DNA from: Octopus bimaculoides
Taxonomy: Eukaryota
NCBI RefSeq assembly: GCF_001194135.2
Contig: NC_068984.1
Location: forward strand, 72,861,533 to 72,925,532
DNA length: 64,000 nucleotides
Direction: 5' to 3'
Part shown: positions 25,594-39,140 of the stretch, one piece after another
Position numbering within the stretch: the stretch's first letter is position 1
How the letters are laid out: every line of letters begins with the position of its first letter
Notes under the pieces: generated by a model
The model's database searches: none
The model's input: the letters and a program-made list of their open reading frames with translations, nothing else
What the model was told of the DNA's origin: nothing
Position numbers and translations under genes: made by a program

Positions 25594-26519
25594 TTATATA
25601 TTTGCATCAATACTTGATTGTTTATCGTGTGGCAACTTCAAGTCTTCCTTCTGTTTTTACACGTATATATGTATATACATTTCGAACAATAAAACCCAAT
25701 TTTTTCATCTGCTTATTTCTACCATTGTCTCTACATACATATTCATATCTATAACAATAATCATAGTATGCATGTGTGCACATATANNNNNNNNNNNNNN
25801 NNNNNNNNNNNNNNNNNNNNNNNNNNNNNNNNNNNNNNNNNNNNNNNNNNNNNNNNNNNNNNNNNNNNNNNNNNNNNNNNNNNNNNNNNNNNNNNNNNNN
25901 NNNNNNNNNNNNNNNNNNNNNNNNNNNNNNNNNNNNNNNNNNNNNNNNNNNNNNNNNNNNNNNNNNNNNNNNNNNNNNNNNNNNNNNNNNNNNNNNNNNN
26001 NNNNNNNNNNNNNNNNNNNNNNNNNNNNNNNNNNNNNNNNNNNNNNNNNNNNNNNNNNNNNNNNNNNNNNNNNNNNNNNNNNNNNNNNNNNNNNNNNNNN
26101 NNNNNNNNNNNNNNNNNNNNNNNNNNNNNNNNNNNNNNNNNNNNNNNNNNNNNNNNNNNNNNNNNNNNNNNNNNNNNNNNNNNNNNNNNNNNNNNNNNNN
26201 NNNNNNNNNNNNNNNNNNNNNNNNNNNNNNGTGCATTTTTAAATTTGAAAAAAAAATGCTCTTGAATTATTCCTCAACCCAATACTCGCAAGTACAAATA
26301 TGTGTCCATTTCATACAAAAAAACCGAAACGGGCGTCGATCACTATTCGGAGAATTAGTCAAAAATTAAAACTCTTGAATTATAAATTGATATAACCAAA
26401 CTTTATTATTCCCAACAAGTCAAGCAAGATTGTCAGAAACTGTATTATACCAAAGAAACATCTATCAAACAGAGTGTTAAGTTTATAATCATATGACAAA
26501 ACTCATACTGTCAATTAGG

Positions 26520-26700
26520 TCAGGTTTTCCTTTTCTATTGAACTTTCCTCTGTCTCCTGTTTCTGAAGAAGAGCTTTGCTCGAAACGTCAAACCACATTT
26601 CTTTCCTTTCCTGAGCGTCTGCTAATACTTTACGTGTACCACCTTCTCGCGTTGTTGTTCTTTGTGTTTATCTTTCTTCGTTTTTTGAATTTATTATATA
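26520..26700 (+). mobile_element. PLE-type terminal repeat
   Basis: Contains the hammerhead at 26558-26593; reverse-complement homolog of 9150-9300. Confidence 0.78.
26558..26593 (+). ncRNA. Minimal type I hammerhead ribozyme motif, core intact
   Basis: gttt-CTGAAGA-a-gagc-ttt-gctc-GAAA-cgTC-aaac: CUGANGA and GAAA cores, stem II GAGC/GCTC, stem I GTTT/AAAC, GUC cleavage triplet, self-complementary ACGT stem III. Confidence 0.75.
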
Positions 26701-27784
26701 CATATGCATAATATATGTGTGCTTGTATGTATATATATATATATATATATATATAANNNNNNNNNNNNNNNNNNNNNNNNNNNNNNNNNNNNNNNNNNNN
26801 NNNNNNNNNNNNNNNNNNNNNNNNNNNNNNNNNNNNNNNNNNNNNNNNNNNNNNNNNNNNNNNNNNNNNNNNNNNNNNNNNNNNNNNNNNNNNNNNNNNN
26901 NNNNNNNNNNNNNNNNNNNNNNNNNNNNNNNNNNNNNNNNNNNNNNNNNNNNNNNNNNNNNNNNNNNNNNNNNNNNNNNNNNNNNNNNNNNNNNNNNNNN
27001 NNNNNNNNNNNNNNNNNNNNNNNNNNNNNNNNNNNNNNNNNNNNNNNNNNNNNNNNNNNNNNNNNNNNNNNNNNNNNNNNNNNNNNNNNNNTATATATAT
27101 ATATATATATGTAATTATGTACATATATGTATTTGTACATCTGTGTTGAATTGAAACTTGTAGCATTTAGCACGCAAATCACATAGTGTTACGGTATTAT
27201 TTTGAGTAACCTTAATAGACGTATCTGGTTTCGTACACCTGGGAGTAACACGTCAACTGAGAATCAATTACTGAATTCTATAACAGTTTCAGTTTGAATA
27301 AATGAAATTGCATCTAAAGTACTGAGAACCTTTATAATCGTAGAAAATAAAAATTATCGAAATATTTGATGAATATTTTTTTTCAAAAGTTTAACTGTGG
27401 AAGATTTTTCAGTAAGGAAGACAAATAAACACGAATAAGCACTTAAGAAACCATCAAATGAAATATAATATGTTATGTTTCTCATCGTATTCTTCTAGTA
27501 TATTCTAGTTTATACATGTAGACAAAACCGCCTTCTAAGTGTCGCTTTATGAATTCAGACACATCTCTAAGGCAATATATTCAACATACATGCTCATTAA
27601 TATATAGTTTGTTTATATATATATAGCATCAAATTCACACAACTCGTACATACACATATTTGAGTATGCTTTTGTAAATACGATAATGATAATAGGAACA
27701 CTAATGCTGATGATGATGATGGTGATAATAATAATGATAATAATAATGCTAATAATAATAATATCGCATTGATAAAAGCACTAA

Positions 27785-28322
27785 CTCGCCACAGTGTAGG
27801 ATGTGCTCTGAGAAGGGAGAAAGTATAAGCTATTTTCTTATTGAGTGCTGTAAGCACGCAGAACGCGGATGTAGACACGACAGTGTAGCCAGATATATCC
27901 ACTGGCTGTTGTGCGGTAAAGCAAAACTCGAGAGAGCCGAGCAATGGTATGAACACAAGCCAGAAGGAATAATGGAAAACGAACATTACAAAATACTCTG
28001 GAATTTTAACATGCAGTGTGACCAAGTCATAGAGGCGAAACCACCATATATCGTGCTCATCCATGAAGATGAAAGAGAAGTAAAGTAATAGACGTTGCAA
28101 TAACAGGCGATTCGATGGTGAAATGTAAGGAAACAGAAAAGATTGAGAAATATCAGCCACTGCGTGACGAGATAGGAAAGTAATGTTGATATCGGTGGTA
28201 ATTGGAGGATTAGGAGAAGTTTCCGAGGGCTATGAAAAACATATTGAAACTATTGGAAGTGCTATCAGGCTCGGGTTGCTCTAGAAGACAGCATTGTTGT
28301 GTACAGCTCGCATTCTAAGGAG
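27785..28322 (+). mobile_element. R4/Dong-type non-LTR retrotransposon 3' end (zinc knuckle plus restriction-like endonuclease)
   Basis: CRMCSEKGESISY..RHDSVARYIHWLLC..WYEHKPEG..ILWNFNMQCD..IDVAI.GD..EKIEKYQPLR..KTALLCTARILRRVL; flanked by AAT/GAT tracts. Confidence 0.9.
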
Positions 28323-28446
28323 AGTATTGTTTCATTGAATCGCAGGAAATGGTCCTACTTGAAACCTTTGGGGATTTCTGGTGGCCTGCTTTCAAGTAAA
28401 GAATAACCGGTAAGGAAGAATTATCCGAGTGTTTTTCATAATAATA

Positions 28447-28510
<64 letters not shown>

Positions 28511-28574
28511 TGATGATAAAAATAATAATATCGGAGACCGGACATTGTTGTGGTGAATAAAAAAGAAACAGCAT

Positions 28575-28850
28575 GTATAATAATCGACATATCATGCCCG
28601 GTGACAACAGGATCAATGAGAAAGGAGAAGAAAAAATGAACAACTATGACGATTTAAAGTGGGAAATTCGAAAGCTGTGCTCATTGAAGAGGGTAGATGT
28701 GATACCAATAGTAACTAGTACACTTGGAAGTATCAGCACTCAACTACCAACATGTCTGAAAAAGATCGATGCAAGTGTGAAAGTAGAACACCTACAAAAA
28801 TCAGCATGGCGTGGAACTGCAAGAATTCCTGGCAGAGTTCTCGAAGTATG
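28575..28850 (+). mobile_element. R4/Dong-type LINE extreme 3' fragment
   Basis: IMPGDNRINEKGEEKMNNYDDLKWEIRKL..VIPIV..LG..LQKSAWRGTARIPGRVLEV*; followed by (ACT)n(AAT)n. Confidence 0.88.
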
Positions 28851-28910
28851 ACCAGCACTACTACTACTACTACTACTACTACTAATAATAATAATAATAA
28901 TAATAACCCT

Positions 28911-29109
28911 TTCTACTATAGGCAAAAGGCCTGAAATTTTGAGGTAGGAGATTAGTCGATTACATCGACCCAAGTGTTTCACTGGTAATTAATTTATACA
29001 CCCAGAAAGGATAAAAAGCAAAGTCGACCTCGTAGGAATTTGAACTCAGAAGACGGCCGAAATACCACTAATCATTTGCTCAGCGTGCTAACGATTCTGC
29101 CAGCTCACC
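28911..29109 (-). mobile_element. SINE family B
   Basis: Reverse complement ggtgagctggcagaatcgttagcacg..tctgagttcaaattcc..gaggtcgactttgc. Confidence 0.9.
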
Positions 29110-29149
29110 TTATTAATAATAATAATAATAATAATAATAATTATTATTT

Positions 29150-29356
29150 TTACTATAGGCACAATGCCTGAAATTTTGGGGGAGGAGACTAGTCAATTAC
29201 ATAGACCCCATGGTTCAACCAGTACTTAATTTCTCGACCCCGAAAGGATGAAAGACAAAGTCGACGTCGGCGGAATTTGAACTCAGAACATGAAAAAAGA
29301 CGAAATAACGCTAAGCATTTCACCCGGCGTGCTAACGATTGTGCCAGCTCGACGCC
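29150..29356 (-). mobile_element. SINE family B (tandem with the previous copy)
   Basis: Reverse complement ggcgtcgagctggcacaatcgttagcacgccgggtgaaatgcttagcg..ttctgagttcaaattccgccgacgtcgactttg. Confidence 0.92.
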
Positions 29357-29510
<154 letters not shown>

Positions 29511-30032
29511 TAAAATCGGATAGTAAACTTAGAATCTATGAGAAACACAAATGTATCAATTATCTTTTACGTGAGTATATTCGGCTAGCGCATAATGAGT
29601 ATAAGTGTAGGCATGACTTTGTTGGTAAAAGAGTGTATTGCGATGTTGGCTGAGTGGCTTCAAAATAAGAGGAAACCGATGTAAATACGAAGCAGAGGCT
29701 GTGACAGAGAATGAGAATTACATTACAATAACTTGTGGAAGTTCCCAATAAAGACTGGGCATAGTATTGAAGCAAGAAGGGCATATATGATTATAGAGGA
29801 CGAAATAAACAGTGTATTGTATGCAACTCTATAATACCAGAGTCGATAGCAAAGAAATTGAAAGAATTAAGAAATATCATGATCACGGAGAGCTGAAGTG
29901 ACTGTAGAAAACAAGACAACAAAAAGACAACTAAAAGACTGAAAGATATTGCAATTGAGAATCATATTGTCGACCTGCAAAATATGCCATCCTGTATTCT
30001 GCAAGAATTCGCAGAAAAACGCCTAAAGTGTG
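29511..30032 (+). mobile_element. R4/Dong-type LINE 3' fragment, degraded
   Basis: EYKCRHDFVGKRVY..ENEN..SIEARR..; frameshifted; begins at an (AAT)n tract. Confidence 0.72.
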
Positions 30033-31713
30033 AGGAGGCGTTTTATAAATATAATGCTGAAATTTCGTTCGGATCGATTTACTATTGCGCATAAAAAAGA
30101 AGAAATATGAATGGTTAATCAGGTATCCATTACTTGATGAGTTTTGTTAGGATATAATATACAAAAAGCATATGTAATATCTAATATTTTAATGAATATA
30201 TCGATATAGTCTATGACAAAATGAGAAGTGATAAATTTATTTCAAAGCGAGAGGGTGTGTGAGTTTATTTCGGGTGGGTTTTAATGTAAATGTTTACCTG
30301 AAAGAGTTTTCATAACTGATGATACACCCAACACCCACTCATGCACCCCCACACGCACACACATACACACACGTATATATGAATAAATGTTAATATATAT
30401 TTGTAGGCTAACAGTTAAGCTTCAAACTTTGTTTTATTTCCATAGTTACGTTAGAATACATGTTGCAATGAAAATTAATTGCTTTTTTAGTATGTTAATA
30501 GAATACAAGATTCTAATTTAATTAAGTATAGAATCTATGATACAATATGCTATTGTAGTCTTGTCGTTTTGAAATTTAATACCGGAAGTACTTAGGTTAA
30601 CCTAAGTCTAAAGAACAACATTATGTATCTTACTGCAATAGATTATTTGGCAATGTAACTGGCATTAATTCACGATATTAAGATATAATGACGTATTTCC
30701 GTAAATAGATATTGCATTTATATCTGACTATCAAGACATTTAAAATACATTAAGTCGCTGAAATTATACAATAGCTTTGCATAGATTTATTGCCTCTTGA
30801 ATATAAAATGTATTTATAATACATAAATAACTATAATGAAAATACAATTAAATGAGAACGATATCCAATTGTAGCATTAAGATGAACATTTCTAGTTTAG
30901 AAGACATTGGAAATGTGTTGAAAGTAGATAAAAAAAAGTAATTAATTTAGTACAAATACTTTTATTTAAAATTTCTTTCATTTTGTTGTTGTTAGAAAAT
31001 TTCTAATTTAACGGATTATATCTTTTAAAAGTGAATATTAATCCCATGAGATGCTTCTGATGTCTTTTTAAGATACAAACGACATTATTTCAGCACAATA
31101 CGTATGAGTAGGTATTGTTTTGAGAGTATTTACGAGTATAGAAACTTTAAGTTTACTGAACAAAGTAAATTGCTTAATTACTAAAAACAATAAGCGATAA
31201 GAAAAATAATGTTCATAAATTTCTTCTAAATAATTCGGAAAGAGACGAAATTCGGAATAATCATAAAATAATAAATTCGATAGAATTGTCTCATAACATC
31301 ATATTTTTAATGCATAAGACTCTGAGAAATATAAAGATAAATATAAATTATAAAAATTATTATATCTCAAAATACTGTAACAGCTGCAATAATTACATGT
31401 ATACAGTTTAGAAGGTAATGCTGCAAGTAATACTATGTAACAACAAATTCAGAATATATGAGATAATACAAATTATGGAGAAGAATGTAACAAACTGAAA
31501 TATATTGCAATGAACTTTTGAACTTGATATTTGTAAATTACTTGGCATAGTGAAAAAGATTGAATGATATGGTATAATAAAACAAGATAAAATATATTTA
31601 ATGCTAATTTAGACATCAAGAGTTAAAACATTTTTTTTAAGGTTAAGTAGTGAAGATATAGAGTATTGGCCATTAAATGAGTTTCTGTTATATTTTGGAT
31701 GCAAGTGTATGTA

Positions 31714-31717
<4 letters not shown>

Positions 31718-31782
<65 letters not shown>
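31718..31782. repeat. (GT)n microsatellite
   Basis: Direct reading. Confidence 0.97.
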
Positions 31783-31784
<2 letters not shown>

Positions 31785-32749
31785 TTCGTAAAATATTACC
31801 TATATGAAAAACAAAATTGCTTTCATATAGTTAATGTTCTAAATATTCTGTCTGCACATTAGACCTAAATTATATGTTGGAACTTAGAATATAGATTTTC
31901 GTGTTTTAATTGGGTGTTTTATAAGTTTTATATTCAAACATGGTATTTTTTGATGTTATACGAATTGATGTAATGGCAATCATTAAATTCCAAAGAAGGT
32001 GACTGTGATTCTTATCTATTTCCAGAAAGCTTATGTATGCTAATAGAACCGTGTTCTAAATAACTTGACTGTTAATTTGCTATAGAGTATTGCACAAAAT
32101 TCGTATCGACAGTGGTACACTAGACCAATTCTTTGGAGTGCAAATTACGTTTTAAGAGAAAATTATTATTACTTTAATAATTATTTGATCTAATGTGGTT
32201 GGAATACTGTCATTTTCATTAGTATTGGGATTTGTTGATTCTTGTGTACAATCATATGTTGTTGAATATGCGACTGACCGTTTATTATTTTCCCGCTTAA
32301 CTGGGAAGTACTTACGGCAAAGTTTGAAAACTGCTATGCATAATACGGCGTGTAAATCACATTTTACGTAGGATAGGTGTTACATATATATTGTTGTTAC
32401 TCAATATAATAATACGAAACTAATTTCGATGAATTAGCAGCCCATTAGAAGGCATATTAGTAAGTTACAAGGATATATTGTAGAGTAAAATATTCATTAT
32501 ATTCAAGGAGTGGTAGAGAATTGGTTGTTTAATTGTTTGTTCACATATTGCCAATCAAGTGTTTTTAAATTTGAAAGAAACGTAGAAAATAATTTTACTG
32601 TAGAAATTTTATTACATGCAATGAACATTGTTGAGCGGAGAAAACATATGACTGTTTTGTAGTAAATCTACAAATAATTTGGGCATTAGAATTGCGTTAT
32701 AATAATCCTTTCTACAACAAGTAAAGGCTTGAAATGTTTGGAGAAAAGG

Positions 32750-32936
32750 TAAGTCAATTACATCACACCCTGTACTCGACTGGTATTTGTTTCATCGACC
32801 ATGTTTCATCAACCCGATCCCGAAAAGATGAAAAGTAGATTCGATTTCTGAGGAATTTGAGCTCAGGTCGTAAAGACAGATGAAATGTCACTAATAGTTG
32901 TGTCTGGTGTGCTAACGGTACTGTCAGCTCGTCGCC
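32750..32936 (-). mobile_element. SINE family B, degraded
   Basis: Reverse complement ggcgacgagctgacagtaccgttagcacaccag..cctgagctcaaattcc.. Confidence 0.82.
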
Positions 32937-33391
32937 ATAAATTTAGCTCTAATAATATACCGTCATCTCAATATCACATACCAGTTCGTACAATTGGTAG
33001 GTTATGTAGATATTATGACATATCATCATAAGTGTATAGATCACGCAGAGTATATAACACAAAATAGCTATGAATTCGGAGTTATTTGAACATTTCTGAG
33101 CGAAAAGATGTAATTTCACTTTTAGATCTATTAGACGTTTTCGCTATTTTATAACCTCTACGTACGCACGTAGGCCTCTCATCTTTTCACGCATACATAC
33201 TCACACAGAAAGGGACACATACATATATGCATACATACATACATACATACAAACAAAAAATACCCTGGTGTTGATGTTGAAATTCCAAAGAAGGAACCTT
33301 GCATCTAGGTTAGAAACCGGGTTTTTCTCTATTGGCAAACATCCTTGAAATGAAAATGAATAATGACATCCATACCTCCATAATTCACACA

Positions 33392-33438
<47 letters not shown>

Positions 33439-33621
33439 ACACACACACACACAAACATGTAGGTTCACTCCAGTATACAAAATGACTGCTTAAAATGCCT
33501 GCAAACGCATCAAATAATATATACATTTNNNNNNNNNNCACACACACACAAACATGTAGGTTCACTCCAGTATACAAAATGACTGCTTAAAATGCCTGCA
33601 AACGCATCAAATAATATATAC

Positions 33622-34175
33622 ATTTGAGGGGGTACCCAAAAGCAATGTTATTTTGTTCCCTTAGTTTTACATGTTTACATTTTTATCACCTTCAAAATAT
33701 TCTCCAGTTGAAGCAGTGCATCGGTCCAGGCACGTTTTCCATTATTCGAAGCAGTGTTAGACCCTTTGCGAAGAGATGCCTTTTAACGCCTCCGTCGTTT
33801 TTTCTTCACCTCTTCCGTAGCTGCAAATTCCGTAGCACCAGCCCTCATAATCAGTGATAGCCTTCGAAAAAATATCCGGATCAACTTCCCACTGTTCTTT
33901 CAGTTCATGACACGAATTCAGTCGTCACTACTTTTGATCTTCCGTGAGTAAGCGAGGCACAAATATTGCTGTAATTTTTTCCATTCGCAACTCCACGCTG
34001 AACATTCATTGGCAGAAGCCCCAGGACACACCAGTTATATCAACAAATTCGTCAGTTGTTCAGTGACAGTCTTCCGCGATCAGGTCATGAATTTTCATGA
34101 TGTTTTCATTCGTTGGAGAGGTCGAAGTGCGCCCTGAACGCGGTTGGTCTTCAAGTGACAAGTGACCATGTCTTT
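33622..34175 (-). mobile_element. mariner transposon relic with internal deletion
   Basis: Minus strand GHLSLEDQPRSGRTSTS..VPRLLTEDQK..DPDIF then jumps to EEVKKTTEALKGI..CLDRC.ASTGEYFEGD (catalytic core missing); TIR-like gagggggtacccaaaag near 33625. Confidence 0.85.
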
Positions 34176-34322
34176 GCATTCCTACTATTATAACTAAAAA
34201 TAAGTGTATGAAATAAGCATTACAACTAGTGATCGAAATATATTCTCTAAGACGATATAGCGGATCTTTATAAACGGATATCAGCTATCAAGTAGAATAT
34301 TTTACTGCTAAATATATGGTGA

Positions 34323-34559
34323 AGATATTTTAATTGATTTTAGAATTGTACTCATGAGTTAATATTCTGTATTAATGTTTGCTGAATATTGTCTAAAATA
34401 TATGCAATAAAATCAGTATAAGTCAAGAAATCGGTTTGATGTAATGGACGTTTTCGTCCCTCACATTTGGAACATAGAATTCAAACGGTAGAGATAAAAT
34501 CAGATTCGGAATCAGACTGTACAATTCAATCATATGGAAGGAGCAGGTTGGCCGACATG
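34323..34559 (+). repeat. 237-bp inverted repeat, left arm
   Basis: Reverse complement of 37313-37549; I count 2 mismatches. Confidence 0.95.
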
Positions 34560-35680
34560 CACAGGCTTCCGAGTCGTTTCAAGGACAAAACACATCAATG
34601 AAGTTAAAACGCTACCAAGACACAATGATTACATGCAGCTATTAAATATAAATATATCTTGCAAAGGTAAATTTGTACAAACTCATCTCTCACTCCAGCT
34701 AATATGTCAGTGCGCGTGACACACAGACACATTAGCTGTTGTCACAGTATTTGAAATGGAGTAACATAAGAGCAGTGTATAAAAGCAAAATAGCATGTTT
34801 GATTACGTATCGGATCTTCTCTGCATTGTTAATGTGCACCTATCTGCTTGGTGATATTGAATTATGTTTCGTAGCTGTAAACTGTTAATATGTATTTGAA
34901 ATCAACCCGCGCCGCAAAGATCTGTGGCTATCATCAAATGGTTTTCACTTTTGTTTCATACATACACATTTTCGTCTGTTTAAAGCCATGGTGAGTGAAG
35001 GACAACAATATTAAAACATGTTTTAGACACTAAGATTCGATATTAGAAGTACTTGGTTTCTATATCTAGTCGATTGTGAGATCACTTATTGATCTGCCGG
35101 TAAGTTTCCTCGCTATTTCATATGCTATCACTTAATTCTGTTGATCATGATATTTATAAAACCATTTATCTTTCAAATCGACCTTCAAGTTAATTGGTTT
35201 GTCCGAATTCGCTTTCGAACATAGGTAAGTTTAATAGCTGACGTCAGCAGCTACAGCCTTCTCCAAGTGACTAAACCTGCACAAAATATACTCCTCCAGT
35301 TATCTAATACAGCTGTGAAGAAAAAAATGTCAGATAATTTTAAAATTATTCCTTATATTGCAGGCAAAGTTATGACTAAGATATGAAAATTACATAGAAA
35401 TAATGACACATTTCGTAAAAAAGATATTCTTCCTTTATATGGTGTCACAAAACAATTGGATTGAATGATAAATAGCAACTTATCCTGTCATACAACTAAG
35501 ATGAAAATTGTGAGGAAATATACTAATAAATATATGTATTTTAAATAACTATGGCAGCTCCGAGAAAAATGTTAAGAAATATAATCATATTTTCCTTGAT
35601 CATTTTATTTTTGACATTTGAGTTGCATGCACGTTGTTGGAAACTATATATTTTAAGTAAGTTTTTGATATGTATGCATA

Positions 35681-35793
<113 letters not shown>

Positions 35794-36857
35794 ACACACA
35801 TATATGCACACACATGCATATACACACACACACACACACACGCATATATCGTTGACAATCAATCCCATTTATGAAAAGAAAATTTATATACAATAGATAC
35901 TAACATTTTTAAAAAATGCAGTCCCACCATACAAGTTAAAGGAAAGTGATAGCCAAAACTCAGGAGTGAAAGAAAAACAAGCAAAAAACCTCCAAAACCA
36001 CAACTACTATTCTTTATTTGGAAGTTTGACAATGAAAAATGATAGCAATAATTTCTAAAATATGAACAGGAGACATATTTTGGAGGAAGTGTATAGGGAA
36101 TTAAATCGACGCTAATAAGAGACAGGTATTGTATATTATTATCAGTAGAAAGAGGAAAAGCAATGTTACTATCAGTGGTGTTCGAAATGAGAGTAGATGG
36201 AATCGCAGCTGAATGCAGCAAGTTATTATATTTGACCGTGTTGCGTTCCTGTCAATTTTAACGACCCTTAAAATCATAATAGTATATAAAAAAAATAACA
36301 CCAAAGACGTCATTCACATTTAAGCATGATACGTGGTGACATATATCACCCTTTCGTTAGCTACGTTAGGTGCCGATGTTGTTGTGCGCAAACATATATG
36401 ACCTCTTGGAACAACCATTATTAATGCAACGCATCTTCATAGATGTGACAGCTGTACCAACACCATGCAAGTATTCACCTTTAGTTAAGATGACTATAGC
36501 AAAATGAAATGAAATTACATGATCGAGAGCGCATTACACCATCTGGTTCGGGAATCGTACGCACTATCTTCTGACAATGAACCAAACAGCTCGGATTACT
36601 AGATGAAGCACCTTAATGAATTAATAACATAATAATATTAAGTATTATAGATATTGATATTTTTTCTAACATAGGCCCAGCATAAATACATATTTGTCAA
36701 AACATTGTCTTGTTCTGAGAAGGCCCGTTCCATTCAGATAGCATTTTGAAAGATTTTCTTCTTGTCATTCATAACATACTTGAAAAAAGATATTCATGGG
36801 GCTGTGATATAAACTCTCTTTTCTACTATTACTCACATAGTCCATATAAAGAGTGAG

Positions 36858-36904
<47 letters not shown>

Positions 36905-37312
36905 GGGAGACAGACAGAGACAGAGACAGAAAGAGAGGAGATAAGGGAATGAGGGATAAAAGAGAAAACGAGTTCAATACTTGACTTGTTAATAGTATAC
37001 AAAAAGGGAGAAATATAAGCTTTCCTTCGTTCGGATTAGAACACAGAGAGCCTCCGTTTCCCGTCTTTAACATTAAATATATGTGGAGTTCCTAATTATA
37101 CGGATTTATGTATATAAAGATGTGTGTGATGGATGTATACAGAGTCAATCTTTTAAATTTTGTGCCAAGCCATCAGTTTCCGAACTCACTGTGCTTCTTC
37201 TGGTAAAAATGCCGTTGTGTCACAACTGAGGGTCAAGCCATACATTTTAAGGAAAAGCAGGTAGATGGAAACTGTTGTAGAATCCATGCAATGAACTGTC
37301 AAAAGCTTTTGA

Positions 37313-37549
37313 CATGTCGGCCAACCTGCTCCTTCCATATGATTGAATTGTACAGTCTGATTCCGAATCTGATTTAATCTCTACCGTTTGAATTTTATGT
37401 TCCAAATGTGAGGGACGAAAACGTCCATTACATCAAACCGATTTCTTGACTTATACTGATTTTATTGCATATATTTTAGACAATATTCAGCAAACATTAA
37501 TACAGAATATTAACTCATGAGTACAATTCTAAAATCAATTAAAATATCT
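37313..37549 (-). repeat. 237-bp inverted repeat, right arm
   Basis: Reverse complement of 34323-34559. Confidence 0.95.
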
Positions 37550-37939
37550 CTTTGTTCAAATTATTGTGTTTCTGCATTAAACAACTGGCATACTCACCGT
37601 CAAAAGCAAAGAACCATTATGTGAAGGTGAGTATGAAAGTGAATAAGTTTATATTAGCTTATGTGTTTCTTTTGCTATATTTCTCTAGCTTTTGATCTTG
37701 TGCGTATGGATCCGATGAAATAAACACTCCAATTAAGTAGGCCTTTTCGTGTAACAATGACTTTTATAACATGTACACACACGATTGGATATGTAATGCC
37801 CAGCATGAACTCTGATTAGGTTATGCATGACGTGATCAGTTTTTGCCAAGAATGAACTTGCAGGGAGTGTTGTCGGAAAGTTCTGTTACATATAACAAAA
37901 GAATTCTTCATGTCCACCATTTAATATTGGTTTAAAATA

Positions 37940-38258
37940 ATGGCATACGGCCGGCAATTCTAGGGATTGTAAGTCGATTACATCGACCTTGGTGATCAAC
38001 TAGGACTTATTTTATCGACCCACAAAAGAGGAAAAGTGAAGCTGACGCCGGTGGAATTTGAACAAAAAAAGCAGAGACAAACAAAATGCCGTTCTATATT
38101 TAAGAGATGAGGAATTATGTATATTATTTAGAATTGATGAAACGTTGTGTTAACAACAAACAAGATGAGGACAAATATCCGTCAATTGTAAATAATGTAG
38201 ACAAAATGCCGCTTAACATTTTTCCTGGTGTGCTAACTGTTCTGCCAGCTTATCGTCC
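37940..38258 (-). mobile_element. SINE family B interrupted by a 109-bp insertion
   Basis: Head reverse complement acgataagctggcagaacagttagcacaccagg; body gtcgattacatcgacc..tttatcgaccc; acaaaatgccg duplicated at 38081-38091 and 38201-38211. Confidence 0.85.
38092..38200. mobile_element. Inverted fragment of the hammerhead-SINE tail with an 11-bp TSD
   Basis: ttctatatttaagagatgaggaattatgta (same strand as 56705) joined to gaaacgttgtgttaacaacaaacaagatgaggacaaatatccgtc (opposite strand). Confidence 0.85.
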
Positions 38259-38290
38259 CCGTCTGCCATTTTATATTACCACACGATTAA

Positions 38291-38430
38291 AGCGGCGCAT
38301 TGACGGAATCGTTAGCCCACCGGGCAAAATGTTTAGCAGCATTTCTTCAGTCTTTATATTCTGTGTTCAAATTTTGCCGAGGTCGACTTTGCCTTTCAAG
38401 TTTCCAGGGTTCGATAGAAGACTTATCTCC
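38291..38430 (+). mobile_element. SINE family B
   Basis: gcggcgcattgacggaatcgttagcccaccgggcaaaatgtttagc..tgtgttcaaattttgccgaggtcgactttgcctttca. Confidence 0.88.
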
Positions 38431-39087
38431 TCCCTCTAAATTGCTGGCTTTGTGTCTAAATTTGAAGCCGATATTACTACACAATTGCTGTAGGTTGAAT
38501 CAGATTTCAACAAAGGATTTTAGTAATAAAGACTATATTCCACTGAGCAGTAACAACAATATTAACAATCTTCCATATAACAACAGTAAATAAAAGCAAA
38601 TCAACTGAGCTGCAAGAACGAAACTGCACAATCTAAAAAAATAAAGACAATCAGCGAAATGACAACCAGAATAATGTCCACAATGAAGAGGAAGGAGCAC
38701 GTTATGTCTAGCATAACCACCGCCGTCGGCGTCAAAAGCACATGGACAAATGGGACTAATAAAGCGCCACAAGCAACGACAGTACTAGCACTGGTAGCAT
38801 GATTCGGAAAAAATGAAACGAGGACAGCTCTGGTATATTTTTGGATCCTCTAAGGAAAAATCGAAAATATCTTCCAAATCGTCAAGCTGCTGAACAGAAT
38901 GAAGGTATTTGTGGTAACTCTCATAATTAAAACCCACACCTTCATTAACAAGGTGTTATAGATAATATTTATTACTTCTGACCAGAGTCGATGGCAAAAT
39001 AAGAAACATCCACATTACAACGAGAACAACGGGGAACACTACCAGTAAATTGAAAAACACAAAAACATATACAATAACAACAAACGC

Positions 39088-39140
39088 AAGAAGAAGGAGA
39101 AGAAGAAGAAGAAGAAGAAGAAGAAGAAGAAGAAGAAGAA
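39088..39140. repeat. (AAG)n microsatellite
   Basis: Direct reading. Confidence 0.95.

Noticed and set aside
33450-33625. Exact duplication of about 85 bp on both sides of an 11-N gap
   Set aside because: Typical unmerged contig overlap, an assembly artefact
35859-36313. Hydrophobic minus-strand ORFs that look like transmembrane segments
   Set aside because: No recognisable family; hydrophobicity is expected from T-rich sequence
37588-37636. catactcac / gtgagtatg 9-bp inverted repeat with splice-donor-like ends on both strands
   Set aside because: Too short to separate from chance, and no convincing acceptor or frame
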